A DNA stretch of 64,000 nt from the NCBI GenBank assembly GCA_951406725.2, contig OX597814.1:78430001-78494000 (forward strand), read 5' to 3'. The notes under the pieces were generated by a model. It saw only the letters and a list, made by a program, of their open reading frames with translations, had not been told where the DNA came from and did not search any database. Shown here one piece after another: positions 40,601-53,020 of this stretch. Position 1 is the first letter of the stretch. The number at the start of each line of letters is the position of its first letter. The position numbers were made by a program, and so were the translations under genes. This stretch comes from Octopus vulgaris. Its lineage: Eukaryota.

Positions 40601-41788
40601 AAAATGTTGACCCTTTTCTATTCATCACAATAACTACATTTATTTAAATCCACACACATCCATTTAAAGCTGACTATTGCAGAGTCTCGTTAGTTTTTTT
40701 TCAGTTTATGGGTTTTACAATTAAAAGTATTGCATATCAGTAACTCAAACACTCAGGCAAAATTTACTATACTTTGCTGTGGCCACCACCAAAATCTGTT
40801 AGGATACAGAAACAGACTTGGGACAGTGGAGAGAATGCATGTCTCTAGTGTAGCAGTGCACCTCATATGATTCATTACTGCATGTCAGAGCATGCAGTAT
40901 AGTCATCAGCTAGGTGAAAGCCTCATATACATCATATAACTGAACAACAAATCTCTAAGTCATATTTTACCATTCAGCTGTCAACCTGCGTGCCACAGAC
41001 TGCTTGATCAAACTGACTTGGGGCTACTCAAAAACAATCAATAAAACCAGACAGGAATTCTATTATATAGAATAATTCTATTCTCTCTCTCTCTCTCTAT
41101 CTGTGTGTGTGTGTGTGTGTGTGAGTGTGTGTGTATGGGGGGGGGGATGCATGGTTGAATATTTGTTTGGTTTTATGTTCAGTTATGATAAAAACAATTT
41201 TACATTAATCAGAAGGGTTATTCTATATTTTTGTACTTTTGCATAATCAGTTTTCTGTTTTTTTTCACATTTTCCACTTATTTAGACCTTCATTATCTAC
41301 CATAATTAAAATCTAAACATTTTTTTTTTATCCCTACAAATGATTTTTGAACATGAAACAAAAATGTCCCAATAGTATTCTAATGAACAAATACTTGGGA
41401 CAACCCTATCCCAACAGTATTTCACATGCACGTTGAGCAAGTTTGGAAAATTACGGAAATAAAAATGAAATAAATCTTACACTTTATTTCAAATGCAAAG
41501 TGAAGCTATAATTGTTTTCTCATATATTTATAATGAATTACAATTATTTTTTGAAATAACACTTATAAAATAATATATATATAATGACCCCTTCCAAATA
41601 CTTACGAAATAATAAACTTCTTTCCTTATTATTAAGTAATTATATAGTTTTTTTCTCTTATATCATATTAACTAACTTTTCTCAAATAATATTTACAAGA
41701 ACAAGCATGATTTATAAATACATGCTATGTGTGATATACTGTAAAACATTCATCAATGCATAAGGAATGTTGCATTTCCACACATATA

Positions 41789-42398
41789 TATATCCAACTT
41801 AACATAGATGCCTCGTTAGAAAACCCAAATACTGCGTTATTACCCTTGAGAGGCTTTCTCATTTAGGCACTTGGTGTGTAAATACATGCACATATTGTAG
41901 ATAATGAAATTCACCTGCTGCAATCTATGTGTGTGCTTTTATGCACCAAGCACATAAATGAGAGGATCTCTCAAGGCCAACAACACAGTATTCAGTGTTC
42001 TAACAAGACATCCTTATTAAGTTGGATATAAAGATTACTTTTTGGTATTTATACTTCTTCTGTCACTAATGATCAATTTTTATTAAGCCTGCAAGTGATT
42101 TGCATCATCAGTGTCTGAAAAATTGCTGAAATTTTATATATCATAGCAGCAAGAGGTGACTGGTGCTTCCTACTGAGGAAGTCCAACAGACAGGAATCTC
42201 ATGATAACAGGAATTCCAGTGCTGATGACAGATGAATTCCTTCTGCTATGATCTATGTGTGTGCTTTTATGCACCAAGCGCCTAAATGAAAGAATCTCTC
42301 AAGATTCATAATGCAGTATGTGGTGTTCTAACAAGGCAGCCATATTAAGTTGGATATAAAGATTACCATTTGGTGTTAATACTGCTTCTGTCATTAAT
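41789..42398 (+). mobile_element. Penelope-like/retrozyme-like element: inverted arm plus 328-bp-period direct repeat with decayed hammerhead
   Basis: 41789-41894 is an inverted copy of 41926-42030. 41905-42070 recurs directly at 42233-42398. TTCCTA-CTGAGGA-AGTCCAACAGACAG-GAATCTCATGATAA-CAGGAA at 42167-42213. Confidence 0.65.
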
Positions 42399-43164
42399 AC
42401 TGTGAGTGTGTGTGTGTGCGTATATATATATATAGAGAGAGAGAGAAAGAGAGAGATGTCATCATGATCACTTTAACATTCACTTTTCCTTGCTTGCATT
42501 GGTCAGATGGACTTTATTGAGAGTAGTGACTCCTGAATCCCAATAGTTGTACAAAGTATGTACTCTAGTGTTGTTGCTTATCCCCACTTTCTTTCTAAAA
42601 AAGTAGATGTATAAAAAAAGGCACTGAAACTGGGGCTGTCTTGCCTTTATTTTAGATAGTGTGCAACTTAGACATTATACAATGTCCCTTTTAAGACAGT
42701 ATGTTGTGTGTCAAAGTAGACTGCTATTTCTATCAGGTCAATCAGACCACGTAGAAGCTCAGTCATTGACTGTTATAATGTTCATGCTGTTAAACCTCAG
42801 AAAAGCAAGTCTGCAGAAGATGAAGTTCCTCTAAAACTATCTTTTCTTTGAATTCACAACATGAACATAGAATCATTAAGGGTTATAGAAAGTTTTCAAA
42901 CATGCCAAAAGAGAAGATTTCATAACAGTTTCATTTTCTTGTCATGCACATTAAGTAATTGCAATGAAATAGAGTCAAATTTGTATGAAGTAGCTCTGAA
43001 TGTAATGAAGATATCCCCAAAAAAACTAAACCTTGCAACTCTGTCTTAACCATACCTACAATCCTGACATAAATTTGAAGTAAGTTGTAACTTGTCTTTT
43101 GATTGTAATTAGAAGAATTGTATGAAAAAATTCTGATAAAGATGTAAAACAAAAATATACTTAC

Positions 43165-43292
43165 CCAAACAAAAATATTGCTACAATGAATATTATGTAA
43201 AATCCCCTAAGAATTCCGAGAGTACCGAATGTACCTAGGAACAAGGACAAAGCAAGGATCATCCACGAATAGGATCCATCCACCCAGGGCAT
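43165..43292 (-). CDS. SNX13: Sorting nexin 13, first visible coding exon (N-terminal hydrophobic/transmembrane segment)
   Basis: Acceptor ttcttctcatgttttcag|ATG, donor TTTGG|gtaagt. 128 nt encoding MPWVDGSYSWMILALSLFLGTFGTLGILRGFYIIFIVAIFLF+GG (phase 2). Resembles the SNX13 N-terminus (W..LGIVLFLITFG) and splices in frame to 23537-23636. Confidence 0.85.
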
Positions 43293-44593
43293 CTGAAAAC
43301 ATGAGAAGAAAAAACAAATACAGAATTAAAATTCAGACTTTAAATGTAAAATATAAAAATCACAATTTTAAGCCATTAACATCAATATTGGTTTCAAATT
43401 TTGGCACAAGTCCAGCAATTTTCGGAAAAGGCTTAAGTTGATTATGTCATCCCCAGTGTTCAACTGGTATTTATTTTATCAATTCTGAAAGGATGAAAGA
43501 CAAAGCTGACCTTGACAGGATTTGAGCTCAGAACATAAAGACGGATGAAATGCTGCTAAGCATTTTGTCTAGAGTTTTAATGATTCTGCCAGCTCACCAT
43601 TCTACATTAATATCATATTACTAATGGTATTAGATTTATTGATGAATTTAACATAAAGATTAAGTATTGTTTTATTTAATCCCAGATTAAGCAGACCGTT
43701 GATCAAGTGCAGTCTTACCATAAACATCTTTGATCATAGATCCTACATCTCTTTTGTCTTATCTTTAATTTTTCAGACATATCTACAACTACATCATCTA
43801 ATGTTTCCACTACTTTGCCAAGGTTGTAGGGTGTTATTTCTAGCAGCAGGAACAATCAGGAAGATTGACACTGCTAGCTTACAATTTTCTTTACATAATA
43901 GAAAAAAAATTATCAAAACACTTTGTTTGTACCATAGTTACTCTAAAGTAAGAAAGCTTTGGCAGGCAGGAACAGGTTTTAGTTGCCAGATGTAACACAA
44001 TGTAAATCATTAGTGTTACAATGATGATAATAATTTATATAAAATGACACTAAAAAATGCTTAGAGGGAAATGTTTCTGCTATTAAAGTGTGTTAACAAG
44101 GTTAGGTATGGTTAAGTAAGCGACAACATAGTGAAAGCAGAGAGAAAGAGGGAGTCTACATGCACGCACGCATGCATGCATGTAAACGTGCACAGACACA
44201 CGTATAAACAAATCTAGATCTGCATAAAGAAAATCTGTCAATGCTGCATACAACACTTGGTGAAGTATGTATATGTGAAGAAATAAATTTCTGCTTCCAT
44301 GAAAAAAAAAAAGACATCTTTCACATGTACATGTGCACACCACTGCTGACTGGAGAAATAAAGAGAAAGAGAAATAACATAACCTGGAAAACTTGTCAAA
44401 ACTACAATGGGTACAAAGTTCTCAACTACATTGTCATGAAACACTAGAAAGCTATACTTTGTGTAGTATATTGGTTGATAAAAAGCAATGATCTTTAGTT
44501 TCTAGATTTTACAAGGATTTTATTATTTTGATTTATTTATTTTTAATGGAATGGTTCTGAAAGTATTTGTTACAGCAATGGATAGAATAAATG

Positions 44594-45000
44594 AGGCATG
44601 GTTGTGTGGAAAGAAGCTTGCTTCCCAACCACATGATTCCGGGTTCAGTCCCACTGTGTGGCACCTGAGGAAAGTGTCTTTTACTATAACCTCAGCCAGA
44701 CCAAAGCTTTGTGAGTGGATTTGGTAGATGGAAACTGAAAGAAGCCCATGATGTGTGTGTGTGTGTGTGTTTGTTCCCCCACTACTGCTTGACAACTGGT
44801 GTTGCCTTCACCACTGCTTGACAACTGGTATTTCATTCATGCAACTTAGCAATTAGACAAAAGAGACCAATAGAATAAATACCAGACTTAAAAAAGGAAA
44901 AAAAAAAAAACTGGGGTCAATTCATTTGACGAAAAATTCTTCAATATGGTGCCCCAGCATGACTGCGGTCTAATGACTGAGACAAGTAAAAGAATAAAAG
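44594..45000 (+). mobile_element. SINE family A copy
   Basis: Reverse complement of the 7735-8133 pattern. Confidence 0.8.
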
Positions 45001-46846
45001 ATGCACAAGATGGTCCAACAATGGTACTCACTAAAATTTCATTGACTCATGATGAGTTTCTTAAGGCTATGAATATTAATTATTTTTTTGTTAGGCAGGA
45101 GTGATAGATGACAGCTGCCTCGTTAAAATAGCTTGTGACCCACAATGAACAATTGGACAAAACTATGATGGCTATTCATCAAAACTGTATGGCTATTCAT
45201 CAATGGGGTTGTATGATGCAAATGATTTAACCATTTGCATTACTATCTTCAGAAACAGGCAAGCCATTTAATCACCACTCAGGTAAACAAACAAGCCTGA
45301 TATACTTCATAATGACCAGAAAACAGGGAAGACCAATAGTTGTAAATACTAATCTTTCACCAGAGAAGTGTACTATTCAAAGGACTTGTGATTAGTGACA
45401 TTAGAATAAGAGCTAAGACAGATCCAGACATAAAACAATCTGAAGAAAGAAGGCATATAAGCTAAAAACTCCTTTGGTCGGATGTCGGCTCAAAGAAGTA
45501 CTTGCAAATGCAAACATAAAGAAGAAGGAAACAATAGAGAAATATATAGCATAATAATGAAGTAGAGGGAACTCTTTGATACAGTTTGCTTAGGGGGAAA
45601 ACGTTTCTTATGGCAGTGGCATGATAAAATGTCCCCAGTGTATACTTTAAGATAAATACAACAAAGTTGTTTAGTTTTTTTTTTGTCACGGTGTACAAAT
45701 TGATGTAGACCACTATAGAAAAAAATAATCAAGATAAGATATAACACACATATTTATAAATACAAACATAAACATAAATATGCATATATAAATATACACA
45801 CGTACACACAAACTATGATGCCTTACTACCCAACCATCCATTCATCAATCTATCTACGTATACACAAACACACAAGGTAACACATGTTGGGGCCTAGCAC
45901 AATTTTTGTCAACTAAATTTTACTCATTAGGCATTGATCAACCTAATGTAAAGACAGAAAACTCTTACTCAAGAGATAATGTGGTTGCAAAGCATAATTC
46001 TTAACCTCATACCTATGCATATACGTGTTTATGTGAGTATTATACATATATCATGTATGTATGTGTGTGTGTATGTATATATATATATATATATAATGTA
46101 TGTGTATATAAGGGCATCCAGCTGTAGAAACACTGCCAGATCTGACTGGCCTGGTGCAGCCTTCGGGCTCCCCAGACCCCAGTTGAACCGTCCAACCCAT
46201 GCTAGCATGGAAAGCGGACGTTAAACGATGATGATGATGATATGCTGAAAAAAGTAAACATGCCCAGACTACAAAACTATACCACATACAATTAACCATG
46301 TATAGTGCAGTCTTCATTGAGCTGGGGGTATGCTAAATCCAGTGGATATGTGGATTGCCCCAAGCCATTTAATTATTTATCTGTATATCATAGGTATAGT
46401 GGATCAAGGTAGAATGAAAGCTACAGAGTAACACCACACCTGTGATGTATAAGACAACAGTACAAAATAATATCTGTAATATAAATATCACTTTATCCTT
46501 TTGAAATTGAAATTCAATAAACTTCAGAATTCCGGGATCAAATCAAATAATGCATTATTAAACTTTTTGCCTGTCTTGTGTAACACACGATACATGAAAC
46601 ATATTTCTCTGGCATCCATGCATCATGTAAGATAAACATACCTAATTTTTTTGTCAACCACTAGAGTAACTTGGGTGCTTATGAAAGGAAAACTTTATAT
46701 TACTCAAAATGTATGAAACAAGGGCAAACTAAAAGTCTGAAAACAAACATAGACATTTAGGTCAGGTAAAAAATTAAATCATCAAAGAACCAAAATATGT
46801 TAATGAATTACTATTGATGGCTGTGGATGTATATATGAATACATAC

Positions 46847-46996
46847 CTTTAGGATTCGGTATGAAATTTTTTTGCTGGGAAATGTTTTAATCTAGCCACA
46901 CTTGACACACCGGCTTCCAACAGATACATGGTAAACTAGAACTGGATGGAGGTCTATCAAAACTCCGTAAGGTTCAGCATGGCACAATTTACAGAT
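46847..46996 (-). other. Candidate 5' exon of SNX13 (150 nt, contains uORFs)
   Basis: Acceptor tccattattttcag|ATC and donor AAG|gtatgt, in non-repetitive sequence 3.5 kb upstream of the ATG exon. The ATG exon begins right at an acceptor, so it needs an upstream exon. Confidence 0.5.
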
Positions 46997-48969
46997 CTGA
47001 AAATAATGGATTCACAAAGACATTAGTTAATTTATTACAACTGAATATTCAATTTCAAAATTAAGTAAAAGCTGAATACTTTATATGATAAATATTTAAG
47101 AGCATACATGTATAATATATCCCATGTATTAGAATGAGAGACACAACTTTTTTTTTTTTTTTTTTTTTAGATCAGAGGTACTTATTCTTTAGTGGATAAA
47201 AGAATGGGAGCTGTGATATTCAGGACTTTACCAAAGATATTAAGCAGCATAAATGATACAGCTGTGATAAAACTGAACATGGTTTACGATTGCTTACAAT
47301 CTACATTACTGGCAATATCACATTAGATATGTACAGTTAATACATAGATGTATAGGAGCAATCCGTTGGTTATGACGAGGAGAGTCCCAACTGATACGAT
47401 CAACAGAACAGCTTGCTTGTAAAATTAACATGCAAGTGGGTAAGCACTTCACAGACACGCGTACCCTTAACATTGTTCTCAGGGAGATTCAGCGTGATAC
47501 AAAGTGTGACAAGACTGGCCTTTTGAAATAAAGGTACTACTCATTTTTGCCAGCTGAGTAGACTGGAGCAACATGAAATAAAGTGTCTTGCTCAAGGACA
47601 CAATGAATTGCTGAGAATTGAAACCATGACCTTACAATCATGAGCTGAATGCCCTAACCACTAAGCCATATAGATGTATAATCTTCTAAGTAACATATGA
47701 ACAATTTCTAATGACATAATCAACATTATCATCATACCATATTTACTTTTGAAGAACTGAAACGAAGAATTACAAATCTAAAGTTGGAAATTATTGCAAT
47801 AAATATTTTAATTTGTTGAACTTTATGAATTAATCATTCACTGTTTTGTGTGTGTGTGTGTGTATACAAAGAGACGTTTTGTTACTTCTTGCAGTTTATG
47901 TGATATTGCTTTATGTGATTGTCAGCTTCAATGGCTGGATATCATTCCTATTTTGAATTCTGGTTTAAAAATGATGATCTATCAAGAAGAAAGCCAGAGT
48001 AAATAGCAAAAATCATATTAAAAGGAATTGTTTATTTAACTTTCTGTTGTTGACTACTTGTTCCCTTGGCATTTATATAATCTCTAATTACCACTCTGTA
48101 CTCAACTGATGTTTTTCATTATTACGTTCTAACACCAGATCATTAGTATTGCTATGCCTAAGCGAATACTGAAGGACGATCTCAGGACACTGAACCTTAC
48201 AGAGTTGACAAAGGGCTGAGACATCTGGTGCCTTGCTATAACACAAGAAGACCCGTCCTCCACAGCACAAGTGTTAATGCCACTCACCTTAATGAAGAGG
48301 ATTGACCTGCAAGAACCCTGTGTCAGCACCACATAAAAGCACTCATGCCAGTGCCATCTTAAAAGCACCCACCACACACTGTAAAGTGGTTGGTGTTAGG
48401 AAGGGCATCTAGCTACAGAAACCCAATCAAATCAGATTGAACCTCATGCAGCTTTCTGGCTTGCAAGCTCTGGTCAAACCATCTAACTCATACCATGAAA
48501 ACGGATGTTAAAGGATGATGATGATAAATATATATATATATATCACTACATTTCGGAACAATGCAAGGAAACAGATAATTGTATTTATGCAAGTATAGAA
48601 CACATTAAGAAAATTGGATATTTGGCCAAATTAAACAATGTTAAACATAAAAGCAAAGATAAAGTTAATAGTTTTAATAATTTAAAACAATGTTAGATAA
48701 AGAGCATCATACCAAATACTTTAATATATATTATTTGTTATATTTGCAAAATAAATTGTGTGTGTGCACACGCACATATTACACACAAACACAGTTGATT
48801 AGTACTGAACTATATAGATAGTGTTTATAGTACAGGTTCCATCAACAGTTGTCAGGAGGTTAATAAAAATTTTGCTACCTGATGACAATGTCACAGCATA
48901 ATACTCAGATAGTGCTATTGCTCAAAATATATAGGTAGTGAAAAATGAGAACACTTCACTAAATCAAAT

Positions 48970-49570
48970 GTTACGGTCATCTCTACAGATTTTCTATAGA
49001 AATTATAGCCAGCACTAATTCTAATACATTTTATACGTGATTTAAGTGCACTGCTAACACAGAAGTACACAGTATTGACTTATAAAAACATTTGATATAC
49101 TTTGTAGCATATTATGGTTGCATAACGAAATACTGTGTGTCTACAAGTCATTAATCTTTATGTACCTGCTTTCAGGAATGTGTTTAATATGTAAATTAGT
49201 ATATCTAATAACATTACACTGCTACATGTAGTGGCTATTTAAGCAATGAGTTTGTGGATGATTAATGGGTTAGATGGGTGCTGATGAAGGAGCAAAAACT
49301 CTCGAAATATGGCATATACACCCATTACCCATTTGTCCACCTTCAATCTCATTGTTTGTTTACATCTGACATCTTGGATATGAAATGTAATGAAATCAGT
49401 GCTGGTTATAATTTTGATAGTAAATCTGTAAAGATGACCTTAACACGTGATTTAAGTGCATTGCTATCACAGCAGTACACAGTATTGACTTATAAAAATG
49501 TTTAATAAACTTTGTAGCATATTATGGTTGCATAACGAAATATTGTGTGCCTACAAATCATTAATCTCTA
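48970..49570 (+). mobile_element. Penelope-like/retrozyme-like element: inverted fragment plus 410-bp-period direct repeat with intact hammerhead
   Basis: 48970-49033 is an inverted copy of 49381-49444. 49035-49160 recurs directly at 49445-49570. The hammerhead lies at 49274-49325 between the repeats. Confidence 0.75.
49274..49325 (+). ncRNA. Type I hammerhead ribozyme motif (intact core)
   Basis: ATGGGTG-CTGATGA-AGGAGCAAAAACTCTC-GAAA-TATGGCATA-TA-CACCCAT: 7-bp stem I, CUGAUGA and GAAA boxes, GAG/CTC stem II, near-palindromic stem III, AUA cleavage triplet. Confidence 0.8.
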
Positions 49571-49753
49571 CTTAATATCTACTAGAAGCAATAAATTTTT
49601 TCTGGTGGAGAGAAGCAAAAACAAAAAAATTCATCAGTCATCATGGCTGCACCAGAGATGATAAACTACATAAGAAAATTATGAGATGTCTCTAAATAAA
49701 TAAATAAAACTGTCAACAATAGTATGCATATGCTAATGTTGCAAAATTTTGGT

Positions 49754-50140
49754 TGGCACAGGAGTGGCTGTGTGGTAAGAAGCTTGCTTCTCAACCACAT
49801 GATTCCCAGTTCAGTCCTACTGCATGGTACCCTGGGTAAGTGTCTTCTCATATAGCTTCAGGCCAACCAAAGCCTTGTGAGTGAATTTCATAGATGGGTA
49901 CTGAAAGAAGCATGTCGTATATAAGTATGTATCTTTGTGAGTCTTTGTGTCTGTCCTCACACCACTACTTGACAACCAATGTTGGTGTGTTTACATCCCT
50001 GTTACTTAGCAGTTTGACAAAAGAAGCCAGTAGAATAAGTACTAGGCTTAAAACAATAAACCTTGAGGTTAATTTGTTCCACTAACATCCCTCAAGACAG
50101 TGTCCAGCATGGTTGCAGTCTAATGACTGAAACAAGTAAA
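49754..50140 (+). mobile_element. SINE family A copy
   Basis: ggcacaggagtggctgtgtggtaagaagc head through gactgaaacaagtaaa tail. Confidence 0.8.
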
Positions 50141-50947
50141 TATACATACATACACACACACATATATACACATACATGATATACATCTATATATATATTT
50201 AATAAAATGTGCATTTCTGGATTAGCCCAAGGGCTAATGATATACTCAGTTGGGTTTAATTAATTGCATACATAATCTGAATATCCTTCTGCCAATACTT
50301 CTATAACTATGTTGGTATTCATCTATAATTGTAGTGTATGCATTTTAATTCTGACCTAAACCCAGTAACTTGCCTTTAAGTGCCTTATTCACCTGAATCT
50401 TTATATATGTATATATATATATATGTATGTATGTATATATATATATATATATATAGATAGATATATATATATATATAGACACAGACAGACATAGATAGAT
50501 ACACACACACATTTATCAACACAAATGACCGCGTGTGTATCGTTGGCGATTTTTTTTCCTCTGTCTTCCCTTCTCTGGATCTTTCCTTCTCCTGTTTCCG
50601 ACAAAGAGCTCCGCTCAAAACATTAAACCCTCCTTCTTTCCTGAGTGTCCAATAATACTATATTTGTTCCACGTCCTCGCGTAGTTGTGCTTTTTTGTTT
50701 GGATTAACTTTATATATATATGTATATATGATATATACACATATATACGCATATAAGTAAATCAAAAATAATAAAAACAAGAAAATGAAAGTCTAAAGGA
50801 CATATGAGAAAGTTTAAGATGGGAAAAAGAGGGGGTGTAACATTTCAAGCATGAATGAATTTGAATCAGCCACTAGAATTGAATCCATAATAAATATCAT
50901 ATTTATAACAACCCTAACACACACCTCTCTCTTTCTCCATATTATAT

Positions 50948-50989
<42 letters not shown>

Positions 50990-51263
50990 ATATATGCGTG
51001 AGTGCACACCTTCATATAATACATTCATTCATAAATACATACACATAAATACACATACGCATATAAGATCATTTTAGCCAATTATATATATGTTCATGCA
51101 AATTCATGCCTCTAAAATTTACTGCAATGTAATAACTTGTTGCAGTTTAACGATCTGTTACTAATTGCATTCTTAACTATAGTAGATTTATGTTCTTTGA
51201 TGTCTACACATCAATTTATATACATGTGCATGTCAGTGTATGCATGTGTGTGCATACCTACAT

Positions 51264-51625
51264 TATTACCTCTGCCTTAGCGAAGGTAGAGATATTGTTT
51301 TCAGTCATGTTTGTTTGTTGGTCCGTGGACAAGATATCTCAAGAACCGCTGGATGGATTTGGATGAAACTCTCAGGGATGTTTGGCCTTATGACTGACAC
51401 AAACTGATTAGATTTTGGGATCTATTCAGTACCAGACAAGAATTCTGGATTATTTTACCTGTTTTTTTACTTAATTTTTGAGAGCAATCGCCTTCATTTT
51501 TAGTATCCTCGTTTGTGAGAGCAGTTGAATTTATTTCAGATATTCTCATTTAAAAATCATCTCCAGCTAATCATTGAGAGGACGGTGTTGCCTTGGTGGA
51601 GGTTTGTGCTCTCCGAGTGCTCTTA
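51264..51625 (+). mobile_element. Helentron-associated (HINE/DINE-1-like) non-autonomous element
   Basis: 5' TTATTACCTCTGCCTTAG, short (TTTG)n microsatellite, 3' subterminal inverted CCTTGGTGGAGGT followed by hairpin GTGCTCTCCGAGTGC. Confidence 0.65.
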
Positions 51626-52142
51626 TTACTATTATTATTATTCACTGTTTTACATCATCTACTTCAATATTTTGTCTCCATTACAGAAAAAAGAGAGCTC
51701 GACACAACATAAATACATATGAAGCATAAAATAGATTTTGTTAAATAACTAAGACGCATTAAAATAAAAATTTTTCAAATTTGATATTTTTTTTTCTTGT
51801 GCACTTCTCAGTTGTGAATATCAGATGGACTTGGCTTGTATGAAATCCATGTCATCAAAAATAATGAGTTTTACTCATTATAGAGAATAATAACATATCT
51901 ATTCTAATTCCATTTTTCTTATATTTGACAGCAGCCACGCCAGAGCACCGCCTTGACAGGTTTTAGTCAAACAAATCAGGCCCCAGGACTTTTTTTTTAA
52001 GCCTTGTATTTATTCTATGAGTCTCTTTTGCTGGACCATTAAGTTATGGCGATGTAAACACATCAACATCAGTTGTCAAGCAGTGATTTGGGGGAGGGAA
52101 CAAACACAGACACAAAAACACACACATAGATACATACATATA

Positions 52143-52182
<40 letters not shown>

Positions 52183-52988
52183 CAAATTGAGATAGGGGTT
52201 GTAAATGCAACTCTCTATGGGATAACGTAAATCCAATATACTGCTAGTGAAGTACCCAACAAAGTTAATACATAAATGTTAATGATTGCGATGCAATCAA
52301 TTCATTTACTGTATTATATGGGCAAAGGTAAAATGATTTACCACAAATTACTAATACAAGATAAGAAAATGGAGAAATACATCAAAATTAAATATCAATT
52401 ACCAGATAATACTCAATCACATACTATATTAAACCACCACATAAGAGACTGTAGGGTTAAATATAAAAAGCAGAACAAATCAGTGTACATAAAGGAATGT
52501 ACATAAAAAAGTGTACATAAAAGAGTAATATTGTGTAATAATTAGAATATATATAAAAAAAGAATATAAATACAAGTAAGTATAAATATAAGTATAAATT
52601 ATATATACATATATACATACATATACATATATGATGGGCTTCTTTCAGTTTCAGTCTACCAAATCCACTCACAAGTCTTTGGTGAGCCCAAGGCTATAGT
52701 AGAAGACACTTGCCCAAGGTGCCATGCAGTGGGACTGAACCCAGAACCTTGTAAGTTGGGAAGCAAGCTTCTTAACACACAGCTACACCTGCAAAATATC
52801 AGATTGTTTTTGTACTCTCAAAAATGTTCTATTCATAGGCACACATATGACAGTATGGTAAGGAGTTTGTTTCCCAACCACATGGTTACAGCTTCAGTTC
52901 CACCATGTGGCACATTAGGCAAATGTCTCCTTCTGTACCCTAGCCAACCAAAGTCTTGTGAGTGGATTTGATAGACAAAAATCTGTCA

Positions 52989-53020
<32 letters not shown>

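Noticed and set aside
45462-45714. Strong minus-strand acceptor at 45713-45714 with overlapping 83-85 aa ORFs
   Set aside because: No convincing nearby donor and no recognisable protein, so an exon cannot be supported.
48879-48885. CTGATGA about one period upstream of the 49281 core
   Set aside because: No GAAA or stems follow and the flanks are not homologous to the 410-bp unit.
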